DNA of 64,000 bases from positions 48,484,001-48,548,000 of the forward strand of contig OX597816.1 of the NCBI GenBank assembly GCA_951406725.2, in the 5' to 3' direction. Positions 17,715 to 30,001 of the stretch are shown piece after piece. Positions within the stretch are counted from its first letter, which is position 1. Every line of letters begins with the position of its first letter. The stretch comes from Octopus vulgaris (taxonomy: Eukaryota). The translations under genes were made by a program, and so were the position numbers. The notes beneath the pieces were generated by a model that searched no databases, was not told where the DNA came from, and saw nothing but the letters and a program-made list of their open reading frames with translations.

Positions 17715-18130
17715 TAATAATAATATAATAAGAAATTATTGTATACAGTGCTCAGGTGCACCACAACTTGTCAAAAGTGCATATAAAGCATATGCAGTAA
17801 TGTACAAATGTCTGGAAAGTGAACAGTGTATGAGTCAGATACATGCTTGCATGTGTATGGAGGGGAGAAAACCAGATGTAGTGTTGGTGAATCTCAGGAA
17901 GCATGGAAGTTTTGAAGGATGCAGTGCTTCGACAACTAACAACTGATGCCGGCAGTTTGTTCCATGCTTCAGCAACTCTTAGTGTGAAAAAATATTTCCG
18001 AAAGTCATGGGAGCTGTGCTGTTTTCTGAGTTTGTAAACCTGTCCACAGGTGTTAGACAGGTGGAGTTTGAAAAGGTGCTCAGAGTTATTGTTAGTAAAA
18101 TGGTTAATAATTTTATGGGTGTCTGATAAG
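17715..18130 (-). mobile_element. CR1-type LINE 3' end (family of 39955-40995)
   Basis: High similarity to 39960-40360. Confidence 0.85.
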
Positions 18131-19224
18131 TAAAGGTGTGAAAGAAGGGGCCAGAGCAGGGCAGGTTTCTTGCTGTTGAGGAGCTAAGTTTTTCATTTAA
18201 TACTTAAGAAAAAAATGTTGACGTTTACCTTATTAACATCTTCAATACAACCTGTATTAGTACTATTCTATGTAGCTAGTATTTATCTCTTCCACATGGA
18301 TGCATTGACAGATGCATTGACAGTTCTTAAAAATATATAACTTTTACTTTCATATAACTTTTATCAATTGCACTCAAGCAGAAGTATGTCATGGCAGTAG
18401 CTACATAAAGAATTATAAGCAACAAATATGTTTTGTACTCCAGTTAAACAATATTTCCATCTGGTCTGAGTGCACACAATATCTAGCTGTTAGGGAAGCA
18501 GCATTATTACTGTAAGGTGTATTGTATACGTTTTGCTGGTCAGTCAGTCTGTGTGTGTGTGTGTGTTCTGGAGCAGGTAAAACAATGTTTGGAGCTTGCT
18601 TAACTTATATTGGAAATTGTTGAGAAACTAGTGCATAATTTTGAGCTTTGTATGACAATTAGTATTATTGTATTTTTGTGAGTCTGAGAGTTTTGTGCTT
18701 GATTATTAGGTAAGATCGATAGTGTAGATATTTCATGGTTGAGTTGTTAGTTTTAGAAAGAGTATCCAACTGTAAAATATGGTAAACATCAGTTTCAGAA
18801 CATTAATTTCATGTTGTTATAACATCTGTTATGTTTATGGTTTCAATCATGTGATAGTTCTGTTTACATAGAATCAGAGGCAAATATCAATAAAGGTATT
18901 AAGCTGTGTATGGTAAGGAGGGAATGTATGGAGATGTCTACATAAATTGCAGCATCACTATGTCACTTGATCTTTCACCTGGCACCTGGCCACCGAAATG
19001 TGAGAAAAACATCATAAAGCTGCGACTTTAATGGGGAATTTTTGACATGGTGTTGTAATATTGCTTAGGAAAGCCGTTGATGTGGCAAACTGCTAGTAGG
19101 TTGTTGGACATATATTTGCAGGGGTTGAAGCATTGGAGCTCCTTGCAACCTCAAGCTGTGCTCCTCGCAACCTCAAGCTGTGCTCCTCCTCAACTTGTTC
19201 GATATAATAAAGCTGATAACTATT

Positions 19225-19392
19225 CTTGGTTAAGCTTCTTGCTATCTTCAAAATTGGAGTTAATTCCTAACCACATGGTTCTGGGTTCAGTTCCACTGTG
19301 TGGCATCTTGAGCAAGTGTCTTCTACTATAGCCTCAGGCCAACCAAAGCTTTCAGAGAGGAATTGGTAGATGGAAACTGGAAGAAGCCTGTC

Positions 19393-19442
<50 letters not shown>

Positions 19443-19673
19443 GTGTGTGTGTGTGTGTGTGTGTCTTTGTGTCTGTGTTTGCCCTTCCACCACCACTTGA
19501 CAGCTGGTGTTAGTGAGTTTGTGTCTCCATAACTTAGTGGTTTGGCAAAAAGAGACTGATAAAGCAAGTACCAGGCTTTAAAAAATGTGCAAGGGTTGAT
19601 TCATTCGACTAAAAAATTCAAAATAGTGCCCCAGCATGGTAGCAGTCTGATAATTGAAACAAGTAAAAGATAA
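19225..19673 (+). mobile_element. SINE family A (tRNA-like head, CORE-like box, internal microsatellite, LINE-like tail)
   Basis: GGTTCAGTTCC B box, TTGAGCAAGTGTC, internal (TG)n, and a GTGCCCCAGCATGG...GAAACAAGTAAAAGA tail. Confidence 0.85.
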
Positions 19674-19694
19674 AGGTGTGTATATATATATATA

Positions 19695-20430
19695 TCATCA
19701 TCGTTTAGCGTCCGTTTTCCATGCTAGCATGGGTTGGACGGGTCAACTGGGGTCTGTGAAGCTGGAAGGCTTCGTCAGGCCCAGTCAGATCTGGCAGTGT
19801 TTCTACGGCTGGATGCCCTTCCTAACGCCAACCACTCCGCGAGTGTAGTGGGTGTTTTTTACGTGCCACCTGCACAGGTGCCAGACAGAGCTGGCAAACG
19901 GCCACGAACGGATGGTGCTTTTATGTGTCACCGGCACGGGGCCAGGCGATGCTGGCAACGGACACGAACGGATGGTGCTTTTACGTGCCACCGACACGGG
20001 GCCAGACAGAGCTGGCAACCGGCCACGAACGGACGGTGCTTTTACGTGTCACCGGCACGGTGGCCAGCCGAGGCTGGCAACGGACGCGAACGGATGGTGC
20101 TTTTACGTGCCACCGACACGGGGCCAGACAGAGCTGGCAAACGGCCACGAACGGATGGTGCTTTTACGTGTCACCGACACGGTTGCCAGACAGAGCTGGC
20201 AAACGGCCACGAGCGGACGGTGCTTTTACGTGTCACCGGCACGGGGGCCAGCCGAGGCTGGCAACGGACACGGACGGATGGTGCTTTTACGTGCCACCGA
20301 CACGGGGCCAGACAGAGCTGGCAAACGGCCACGAACGGATGGTGCTTTTACGTGCCACCGACACGGGGCCAGACAGAGCTGGCCAACGGCCATGAACGGA
20401 CGGTGCTTTTACGTGTCACCGGCACGGGGA
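19695..20430 (-). mobile_element. RTE LINE 3'UTR with about 9.5 tandem 60-62-bp structured units (19851-20430)
   Basis: (CAT)n tail on +, conserved GGATGCCCTTCCTAACGCCAACC block, and unit GGTGCTTTTACGTGCCACCGACACGGGGCCAGACAGAGCTGGCAAACGGCCACGAACGGAT. Confidence 0.85.
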
Positions 20431-20964
20431 CTACATACTAAAAGGTATATATATATATACACTAAAAGGTGTATATATATATATGCACACACACACATAT
20501 ATACATATATATACTAAGGTGGTATTCCAGCAAGGCTGCAGTCAAAAGGACTGAAACAAGTAAAAGAATTAAAGAATAGTTATATAATTTCAAAATCTTT
20601 TGTAGTTTTGGATTCATTAAAACTATGTCACAAGTCTGCTTATCTTATTTAGTATAGTCACTGAAAGTTTTAAGTAGAAATCTATCCATTTCATAATTCA
20701 TAGGTGAGAGCATTTATTTCCTAGTTACTACCACCATTTTATCACGATAGTTTGTAAAACTGCTTTCTAAAGAGAAATTAACTGTTTTAGAAACCTTTAA
20801 TTTTTTGAATTTACAGACGTAGTTAAGTCATGTTAGTAAAGGAATTATATGTGAAACAGAAGGTGTGAAGTCAGTTATTGCAATAATTAAAAGTGATTGA
20901 AGGAAATATCTGTTGATTTATACTGCTAAGAAGTAGTAAGTTATGCAGTCCTGAAGAAGCAGTC

Positions 20965-21111
20965 ATGAGTTTCTGGCTTATTTCCCAACTGCTTCATTCT
21001 GGGTTCAGTCCCACTATGTGGCACCTTGGGTAAGTGTCTGCTACTATAACCTTGGACTGCTACTATAACCTTGTGAGTGGATTTGGTTGAGGGAAATTGA
21101 AAGAAGAATGT

Positions 21112-21149
<38 letters not shown>

Positions 21150-21380
21150 TGAGAGAGAGAGTGAGACTGTGTTTGCATTTGTTCCTCACCACCACTTGAC
21201 AACTGGTGCTGGTTTGTTTACATCCCCATAGCTTAGCAGTTCAACAAAAGAGACTGATACTAGGATTACTAGGATTAAAGGAAATAAGTCCTGGGGGCGA
21301 TTCATTCAACTAAAAAAAATTCTCCAAGGCGGTGCCCCAGGATGGCCACAGTCTAATGACTGAAACAAGTAAAAGATAAA
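20965..21380 (+). mobile_element. SINE family A, followed by a second 3'-half copy to about 21590
   Basis: Collinear match to 22681-23075. Confidence 0.85.
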
Positions 21381-21844
21381 AGTGTGTGCATGTCTTTGTG
21401 TTTTTCCCCACTGCTTGACAACCAGTGTTGGTTTGTTTCTATCCGTGTAACTTTGTGGATTGGGAAAAGAGACTGATAGAATTATTAATAGGCTCAAAAC
21501 TATAAGTACTGGGGTTGATTTGTTTAACTAAGCCTGTGGAGGCGGCAGTGCCCCTGCATAGATGTAGTCTTATGCCTGAAACAAAAAAGATAAATGCAGA
21601 ATTTGTTAAGTGGGGGTTAGGGTTAATATCAAGTATATTGGCAGGAGCATTACACCAGTAGTGCTAAAGTACTGGTAGTTTATAAAAAAAATATTATTTC
21701 ATTTCAGGGAAAATGTATCAATGTATGCTGTATCTTAGACTGTTCAAAGACTTGTATTGTTTCATCAAGTTGATCAGTTTTGTGAAATTTTGTGAAATTA
21801 ATAATAAAAAAAAATGTTTTCTTATTATTACTATATTTTTTTAA

Positions 21845-22209
21845 CCCTTTAGCATCCGCTGAGGTCGACTTTGCCTTTCATCCTTTCGGGGTCGATAAAT
21901 TAAGTACCAGTTGCGTACTGGAGTCGATCTAATCAACTGGGCCCCCTCCCTAAAAATTTCAGGCCTTTTGCCTAGAGTAGAGAAAAACTCTTTAGCATTC
22001 AGATTACTCTGTCAAATTTAATGCTTATTTATTCACACTGTTTTGCGATTAATCATGCATTATCTCATTGCTTTGAGATTTCAATGATGTAATTGTTTAT
22101 TTTTAGTATGACATTGTAGGGTAGATGAGCGAAGCTGGCTATGGCGAGTTTTGAATGTAAAATAGGCAGAATATTTTGACCGGACATGGCTGGTTTAAAT
22201 ACTAAAGGG
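21845..22209. mobile_element. piggyBac-type MITE (family 2) containing a 5'-truncated SINE B insertion (21856-21985)
   Basis: TTAA|CCCTTTAGCAT...ATACTAAAGGG|TTAA. The SINE is flanked by a ~13-bp duplication AACCCTTTAGCAT/AACTCTTTAGCAT. Confidence 0.8.
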
Positions 22210-22404
22210 TTAACTTTGGTTTTGTTGGAACTCCTGGAATCTTGTATGAGTTGTGCGCTCGCTGCCTGCAGTACAATGCTATTTGTTCTTTTCAGCTATC
22301 TAATACATTCCTGATGATTCTGGATGTGACAAGGAAGCAAACTTTTTGTAACAGCTCTCTACTGGACACTCTGTTCCCATTTCACTATTATCCTTATCAT
22401 GGGC

Positions 22405-22615
22405 AGTGTGCTGGCAGAATTGTTAGCACACTGGGCAAAATGCTCAGCAGCAATTAGTCCGCATTATATTCTGAGTTCAAATTCCACCGAGGTCGACTTT
22501 ACCTTTCATCCTCTTGGGGTTGATAAAATGAGTATCAATTGAACACTGGGGTTGATGTAATCGACTTACTCCCTCCCTCTAAATTATTAGCCTTGTGCTA
22601 AAAAAAATTTGAAAA
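22405..22615 (+). mobile_element. SINE family B
   Basis: GCTGGCAGAATTGTTAGC...GAGTTCAAATTCCACCGAGGTCGACTTTACCTTTCATCC, with an (ATT)n tail. Confidence 0.85.
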
Positions 22616-22635
22616 CATCATTATTATTATTATTA

Positions 22636-22680
<45 letters not shown>

Positions 22681-23075
22681 GGCGCAGGAGTGGCTGTGTG
22701 GTAAGTAGCTTGTTTACCAACCACATGGTTCCGGGTTCAGTCCCACTGCGTGGCACCTTGGGCAAGTGTCTTTTACTATAGCTTCAGGCCGACCAAAGCC
22801 TTGTGAGTGGATTTGGTAGACGGAAACTGAAAAGAAGCCCATTGTATATATGTATATATATATATATATATGCATGTGTGTGTCTGTGTTTGTCCCCCTA
22901 GCATTGCTTGACAACCGATGCTGGTGTGTTTATGTCCCCTTTACTTAGCGGTTTGGCAAAAGAGACCGATAGAATAAGTACTGGGCTTACAAAAGAATAA
23001 GTCCCGGGGTCGAGTTGCTCGATTAAAGGTGGTGCTCCAGCATGGCCGCAGTCAAATGACTGAAACAAGTAAAAG
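22681..23075 (+). mobile_element. SINE family A, full-length reference copy
   Basis: TGGCTGTGTGG A box, GGTTCAGTCCC B box, CCTTGGGCAAGT CORE-like box, internal (TA)n(TG)n, tail GGTGCTCCAGCATGGCCGCAGTCAAATGACTGAAAC. Confidence 0.9.
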
Positions 23076-23234
23076 AGAGAAAGAGAGAGAGATTATGATA
23101 AAAGTTGAAGGAGAAGGAATGACCCAAAGAACATTTGGCAATTTGCTATGGCTTACTCTATTGGTATAGTATCTGAATAACATTTGGCAGAGCAAAAGCA
23201 TCAATGGAAATTATAATAATCATGATTCCTCCTA

Positions 23235-23637
23235 CTGTAGGCACAAGGTCTGAAATTTTGGGTGAGTGGGGTCAATCAATTACATCAACCCCAGTGCTCA
23301 ACTGGCACTTATTTCACTGACTCTGAAAGGGTGAAAGGCAAAGTCAAACCCGGCAGTATTAGAAGTTATTAGAAGTTTTATCTGATGTGTTAATGATTCC
23401 GCCAGTTTGCCACCTTAATAATAACGATAATCTTTTCTACTATAAACACAAGGCTTGGAATTTGAGGGAAGGGGTAATGTCGATTATGTCGACCCCAGTC
23501 TGTAACTGGTACTTATTCAATTGACCCTGAAAAGACGAAAAGCAGAGTCGACCTTGGTGGAATTTGAACACAGGACATAGTGATGGGCGAAATACCATTA
23601 GGCATTTCATCCTGTGTGCTAACAATTCTGCCAGCTA
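23235..23637 (-). mobile_element. Two adjacent SINE family B copies
   Basis: Reverse complements of the B consensus at about 23235-23420 and 23440-23637. Confidence 0.75.
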
Positions 23638-23639
23638 GC

Positions 23640-25165
23640 TCAAAGAGTCGACCACCTCCTTTCCATGGATAATTTGAAGCTGTATGACAAGGATGGGGTA
23701 CAAGCGAGTTCTTTGGTGAACGTGGCCTACTGTTTTAGTGCTGATATTAAGGTAGAATTTGGACTCAAGAAGTATGGTATAATGAACCTGAAAAGAGGCA
23801 AGAGAGAGTCCCTGGCAAGTATAGAATTACCTAATAGAGGAGTGATTAAACAAGTTGAAAAGGAAGGCTATAAATATCGTGGCATACTAGAGTTCAATGA
23901 AATTATGGAGAAGGAAATGAAAGAACAGCTGAGGAAAGAATATATCCAAAGACTAAGATTGGTGTTGCACTTGAAATTGATTGGATGAAATAAGATCCAA
24001 GCAGTAAATACATGGGCGACAGCATCACTTTAGTATGGAGCTAGAATCAAAACTGGCAAAAGAAATACCTGATGAACATAGATATGAAGACAAGGAAGAT
24101 ATTAACTATGCATGGAGAATTCTATCCCAAGAGTGACACTGATAGGCTGTACTTGTCCAGAAAAAACGGTGGGAGAAATTCGATCACTTGCTATGATTGT
24201 GTAGATGCAGAGGAAAATATCTTAGGGTGGTATGTAAAAAATGCCATGGTACCATTGCTGAAATGTATCCAGAAGTCTGGTCTCGAAATACTTAAAGAGG
24301 AAAACAACTCAAGAAAAGAAATAGCATGGAAGGAACAAAAATGTACTGTCAGTTTGCAAGAGATACAAATGCCAAGACAGATACAGAAGACTGGTGGTTA
24401 TGGATGCAAAGGAGAGACCTGAAGGTAGAGACAAAAGCATGTATATGTGTGGCGCAAGAACAAGTGTTAAGGACGAAGTGTTTGAAGTGCAGAATTGACA
24501 ACACAACTGAGAGTGACAAAGGCTGAATGTGTGGTGAGAGGGGTGAAATGGTATGAAACATCATTAGGGAATGCCTGAAACTGGCACAACGTGTTTATGA
24601 AAGATGACATGACAACGTGGCAAGAATGATTCATTGGGAGGTCTGTGAAATTCACGACCTGAAAAGAGCAAAGACATGGTATGACCAAACCACAGAATGA
24701 GTTACTGAGAATGTAGATTGCAAAATCCTATGAAAAGCAATGATTCAGTGTGACCAACAGATCAAACATTGGAAGCCTGACACTGTTGTGGTGAACAAAA
24801 AAGAAGAAAAAAATGCACAATAATTGACAGGTTATGTCCTGGTGACAATGGAATCAAAGAGAAAGAAGAAGAAGAACTGAACAACTATGACAATTTGAAG
24901 TAGGAAATAAGCAGGTTCTGGGCAATGAAGAAAGTGGACCAGTAGTAATCAGCATGCTTGGAAGTGTTATCACTTAACTACCAATATAGCTTAAGACTGG
25001 TATGAGTGTAAAGATAGAACACCTACAAAAATCATCATTGCTTGGAACTGCAAGAGTTCTCTGCAGGGTTCTTGAAGCATGATCAGTAAACAAGTGTGAA
25101 CTTAGTCTGCTGGCTGTGGACAGCTGACACTTTCCATCATATGCTAAGAGTTGCTGAAGTATGGA
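23640..25165 (+). mobile_element. R4/Dong-clade (RLE) non-LTR retrotransposon 3' half, degenerate
   Basis: HLLSMDNLKLY (FMDDLKLY-like), FGLKK, YKYRGILE, KSDTDRLYLSRKNGGR, ICVAQEQ, a decayed CCHC, HDNVAR, KPDTVV (RLE nuclease) and QKSSLLGTARVL...*; many stops and frameshifts. Confidence 0.88.
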
Positions 25166-25169
25166 ACAA

Positions 25170-25582
25170 ACTGCATCCTTCAAAACTTCCATGCTCCCTG
25201 AGATTCGCCAACACTACACCTGATTTTCTCCCCTCCATACACACGCAAGTATGTATCTGACTCATACACTGTTCACTTCCCAGACATTTGTACATTACTG
25301 CACATGCTTTATATGCACTTTTGACAATTTGTGGTGCACCTGAGCTCTGTTTACAATAATTTCTTATTATATTATTATTATCTTTTACACCTCATCTTCT
25401 AATGTAACATTTCCTTCACAGAGTTCATACATATTTTTGCAAGCTGCATGGTGACCTCAACAATAGTAATTACATGAAAAAAGCCCTCAGTATAAGGTGT
25501 AAAGTGGCTGGTTTTAAGAAGGGCATCATATTGTAGCAATTGACAAATTGTAGTGCACTTGAGCACTGTATACCATAATTTC

Positions 25583-25585
<3 letters not shown>
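25170..25585 (+). mobile_element. CR1-type 3' tail interrupted by an inverted copy of 17553-17730
   Basis: Tail 25170-25378, copied flank 25379-25541, second tail end 25542-25585. Confidence 0.8.
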
Positions 25586-25625
<40 letters not shown>

Positions 25626-26787
25626 GTAATGATAATAATAATTCTTTATAATTTTGGCTCAAGGCCAGCAGTTTTGGCTGAGTGCAAACTGATCCATATT
25701 TGGACACTAGAGTGCAAATTGACGCTAGAGTGCAACTGATCCATATACATGGAAAGAGGAAAGGTAAAGTTAACCTCTGCGGAATTTGAACTCTCTTTTT
25801 TGTCTTTGTCATGATTTCGGTAGAATATTTAAAATAGTAGATAAATGGAACTAGGGATTGATAACCAGAGAATGTTTGGGAAATTTTATTTCAAAGTTAA
25901 TAATCTCAAGTAACACCTTTGGATTGCTAATTGGTCGCCTCATTCTAACTTTCCATTTAGTTTTTTGATTTATATAGGGCAACTTATTAATTAGAGTAAG
26001 ATTTTAATTGAGTTTCCCTGCTAGATTAGACATACACCATTAATATTCATTGTACCATCTTAACATTTACATTTTTGAATTTTTATTTAACATAGGAAAA
26101 GCCATTTTTATTGTGTTTATATTGTTCTTATATTATTTATTATCAATTTAAGTACTGCACGTAGAGTTATTATATAATTAATATTCCAAAGAGAAGCGGG
26201 TTTATTTGTATTTTCTGTTTGTGCTTGCCTTTATTTAAATTTTTTTTTTTAAATATATTTTTATGGTTTTATATATCAATGCTATTTAGATTGGATCTAA
26301 ATCTGCTGAAGAACCAATCTTGTTTCCTCCTCCCCCTCTCTCAAACACACCTGCTTTGAATAAAAGAAGCATTTGCGGGAGATATTAAAAAACAAAAGAA
26401 AACACACAAAACAAAACACACAAAACAAAACACACAAAAATATTACGTGCTAATGAATAAAAAGAAGCATAATAGAAATTGTCTGCTGTCACATCAAGTC
26501 TATTATGTGGATTGGTGCTGAGACTCATGTGATTGCGATACTTTTTATTGTACCATTGTTAGAATAATTTTAAATTTAGTCCTCGTTTTCTTATTGTATT
26601 AATACACACTTTGGTAGTACTGTGTTTTACTTTTCATTTATAGTTGTTGTTGTTGTTGTTTTGTTTTCGTTTTTTGGAGGAATTGTTTGTTTTTGTTAAA
26701 TGTAAATCAGAATCATCATTATTTATGAGAAAAGATGATTTGCTATAGACTTTATACAAGAGGATAAAAAAAAGTATCAGAATAATG

Positions 26788-26835
<48 letters not shown>

Positions 26836-27534
26836 CACATATATATATATGTGTGTGTGTATGTGTTTCTTTATGTAAAATGCTATTAGAATTCACCGAT
26901 AAGCTGACTGATAACAGTATGAATGTGATGGGCTGCTAATAGACAAGAATTCATTGACTAGCATCTATTTTTTTTTTTATTACTTGCGGTGATGACAATG
27001 ATGATGACGGTAGCTTTTTTTTTTATAGTTTATTCCAGACTTTGAAATTGTGAATTGTTATTGTTTATTTATTTTGTTTTGCATTTTATTTTTGTTTCAT
27101 GAGCTAGAACAGTTATGTAAACTAACCTACAGAATCAATGCTTCAGAGATCATTTAAGAACTTGTGGCTAGAACATGTAATTAGGCAAAACGTATTTTGT
27201 GCTATCGGGAATTGATATCAGTCACTGAGAAGTATATGTTGTGGGTCTGTATCAAAATTCTAATCTTAAATGTAGCCAAAGATAATTGATGCCATGTTAA
27301 AGAGTTAAATGCTTACTTATCTCGTACACTAGTGTAATACAATTTCTTAGTTGATAAAGCATTTTGTTCTTTGGTCTTGTGATGTTGGGATTTGATCTAA
27401 GCCTTGATGATCATCACTATATCACTCACCAGTTTCCAGGTATTTAGCTCTTTACCACCAAATCCTTTTCTTTGTTCTTATCTCTTTTGTCTCTGCTATA
27501 CATTATGCATTCAAGTGAGAAATATCTAATAAAT

Positions 27535-27591
<57 letters not shown>

Positions 27592-27667
27592 AAGGTTAAA
27601 TTAATATGTTGGCCACTGATAAATGTTTTTTTTTTTTTTCGAAATAATTTTAGCCTACATTAGATAG

Positions 27668-27698
<31 letters not shown>

Positions 27699-28065
27699 TG
27701 TATGTATGTATGTATGTATGTATGTATGTATGTATGCATGTATGTATGTATGTATGTGTGTGTGTATGTGTGTATGTATGTATGTATGTATGTATGTATG
27801 TATGTATGTATGAGTATATGTACATATATATGTGTGTATATATATGTATATATATCTATGTACTGTCTTATATTCCTCCCCACCACTATGAAACTCTATA
27901 AAATGATTAAAATTCCCCACAAAGGAACTTATTTTGATTTGAAAACCCCACTAGAATGGGAGAAAGCGCTAATGATCTAAGTGATATGATATATATATAA
28001 AAAATGTAATATATAAATAAATATCTGTAAATATAAACCATCCGATCTTCTGATTACCTCATTTC

Positions 28066-28118
<53 letters not shown>

Positions 28119-28183
28119 CTGTATATATATGTATATATATATATGTATATGTATATATAGTGTGTGTGTGTGTATATGTATAC

Positions 28184-28724
28184 CATCATCATCATTGTTT
28201 AACCCTTTTGTTACCAACCCGGCTGAAACCGGGTCTGGGTTTGTAGTACAAGTGTCTTGTTTTCAAAAGTTCTGAATTAAAATCTTCCACCAAACCATTA
28301 GTCACAATTTATGTTCCTAACACTAGCTTAATTATAACTAAGTTATTTTACTAAATACTTTGTTATACTGAAAATAATTCAAAGAAACACAGAGCATCTC
28401 AAAATAAATACAGTAACAAAAGGGTTAATGTCCGCTTTCTATGCTAGCATGGGTTGGACGATTTGACTGAGGACTGGCAAACTAGAAGGCTGCCCCAGGT
28501 TCCAGTCTGATCTGGCAGAGTTTCTACAGCTAGATGACCTTTCTAACACCAACCACTCCGAGAGTGTAGTGGATGCTTTTACGTGCCACCGGCATGTGGG
28601 CCAGTCAGGCAGTACTGGCAACGGCTACCTCCAAATGGTGTTTTTTTTTTACATGCCACCTGCACACTGGCACAAGTGCCAGTAAGGCGACACTGGTAAC
28701 GATCACACTTGAATGGTGCTTTTT

Positions 28725-28730
<6 letters not shown>
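28184..28730 (-). mobile_element. RTE 3'UTR copy split by a piggyBac MITE
   Basis: CATCATCATTGT[TTAA]TGTCCGCTTTC matches the consensus CATCATCGTTTAACGTCCGCTTTCC. Confidence 0.8.
28203..28424. mobile_element. piggyBac-type MITE (family 1)
   Basis: TTAA TSD at 28199-28202 and 28425-28428; TIR CCCTTTTGTTAC/GTAACAAAAGGG. The empty site is reconstructable from the host repeat. Confidence 0.9.
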
Positions 28731-28771
<41 letters not shown>

Positions 28772-28866
28772 ATAATAACAAATGGTAAAATTAATTAAAA
28801 AGTAATCAGTAATTTCACCAAGTAGAATTCGCCATGAAAATGACCATTTCATGGTAAGCTTAAGTA

Positions 28867-29096
28867 ATACTTTATAATTAGCGTTCAGCAAAGATTTGCT
28901 TCACCACATACCGTAACCGAATATTGATTGATTTTCGTTATTTTTCCCTTTTGCCTGCATGGTTTGTGTTCAAGTACTTTGGTTTTTCCGGGAGTCCCTT
29001 TTAAAGTAGAAGGAATAGCTAAGATTTTTTGACTGCTATTTCTAAACTTCGGTATGTGGTGAAGCAAATCTTTGCTGAACCCTAATTATAAAGTAT
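28867..29096. repeat. Foldback element: 47-bp inverted repeats with a ~136-bp spacer
   Basis: ATACTTTATAATTAGCGTTCAGCAAAGATTTGCTTCACCACATACCG (28867-28913) versus its complement at 29050-29096, with one mismatch. Confidence 0.85.
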
Positions 29097-29967
29097 ATAT
29101 AAAGATAGATAGATAGGGACAGGCATCACTTTTCATGCTGTATTGCATGTTCGTTTCTCTTTTTTTTTTCTCATCCATCTGTGATTTTATTTTTGATCTT
29201 CTATATAAATGAAGATATTTCCTCTGCCTGGTTGCTTTTCTTTATACAAAAGGAGAAGTTACATTGTGGAACTGTTATTTTAATGAGTTGTATCTATTTA
29301 TCACCTGACGAGAAATATCTGCACTGCCAGATGCTCCTGAACCAGTTGTTGAGTGTCCCATCCATCGAAGTGATGTTAGATGTGTTGAAACAATTGACAT
29401 GATTAATAATAAATTCTCGTATATTCCATCTTCTGTCTTTCATTTGCCATATCTATATACATAGGGAGAGAGAGAGGGCTGCACCAACACTCAGCTAGTA
29501 CTCATTTCAACTGAGTACACTTGAACAGCATGTAGTGAAATGTCTTGCACATGGACTCAGTATACTGTTCAGCTTAGGAATCAGACCTTTGATATTATGA
29601 TCACTTGCCAAATCATTACTTTTCGATAGAGTATCTATTTGCATCTCTTATAGAGGTTTTAGAAGTAGTAACTTTACTTATAATATTATATATATATGTA
29701 TATATATATATATATATATATAAGGATAACATCGTTAATTTAAATATCGATCATATCAAGTGGCCAGCATGGGAATAAAAACCTTTAAAGGTAATAATTA
29801 TTATTAAAATTATAATTTAAGGTATCTAAAAGATACCACCACGCTGGAACATTAACTGCTCATTTAATGTGGTTTTAGAGTCAAATTTTGGCTGCCATTT
29901 CCAACATGGTGTTATCTCTTAGATAATTTTAATACATATATAATATATATATGTATTATATGTATAA

Positions 29968-29998
<31 letters not shown>

Positions 29999-30001
29999 GT
30001 A

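Noticed and set aside
19851-20430. CRISPR-like repeat/spacer appearance and repetitive ORFs
   Set aside because: The units are whole tandem repeats with two recurring variants rather than unique spacers. There are no cas genes, and the context is a eukaryotic RTE 3'UTR.
21611-21625. GGGTTAGGGTTA telomere-like motif
   Set aside because: Only two units; expected by chance.
22681-22760. tRNA-like A/B boxes (also 14850-14925, 41850-41921, 55385-55462)
   Set aside because: These are SINE heads continuous with SINE bodies and do not form complete cloverleafs; not called tRNA genes.
27132-27176. Possible RRM1 exon (AG|AATCAATGCTTCAGAGATCAT...|GTAATT)
   Set aside because: No frame gives a convincing RRM motif, and the acceptor lacks a pyrimidine tract.
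29181-29450. Short ORFs on both strands in unique-looking DNA
   Set aside because: No recognisable domain and no convincing splice-site pair.
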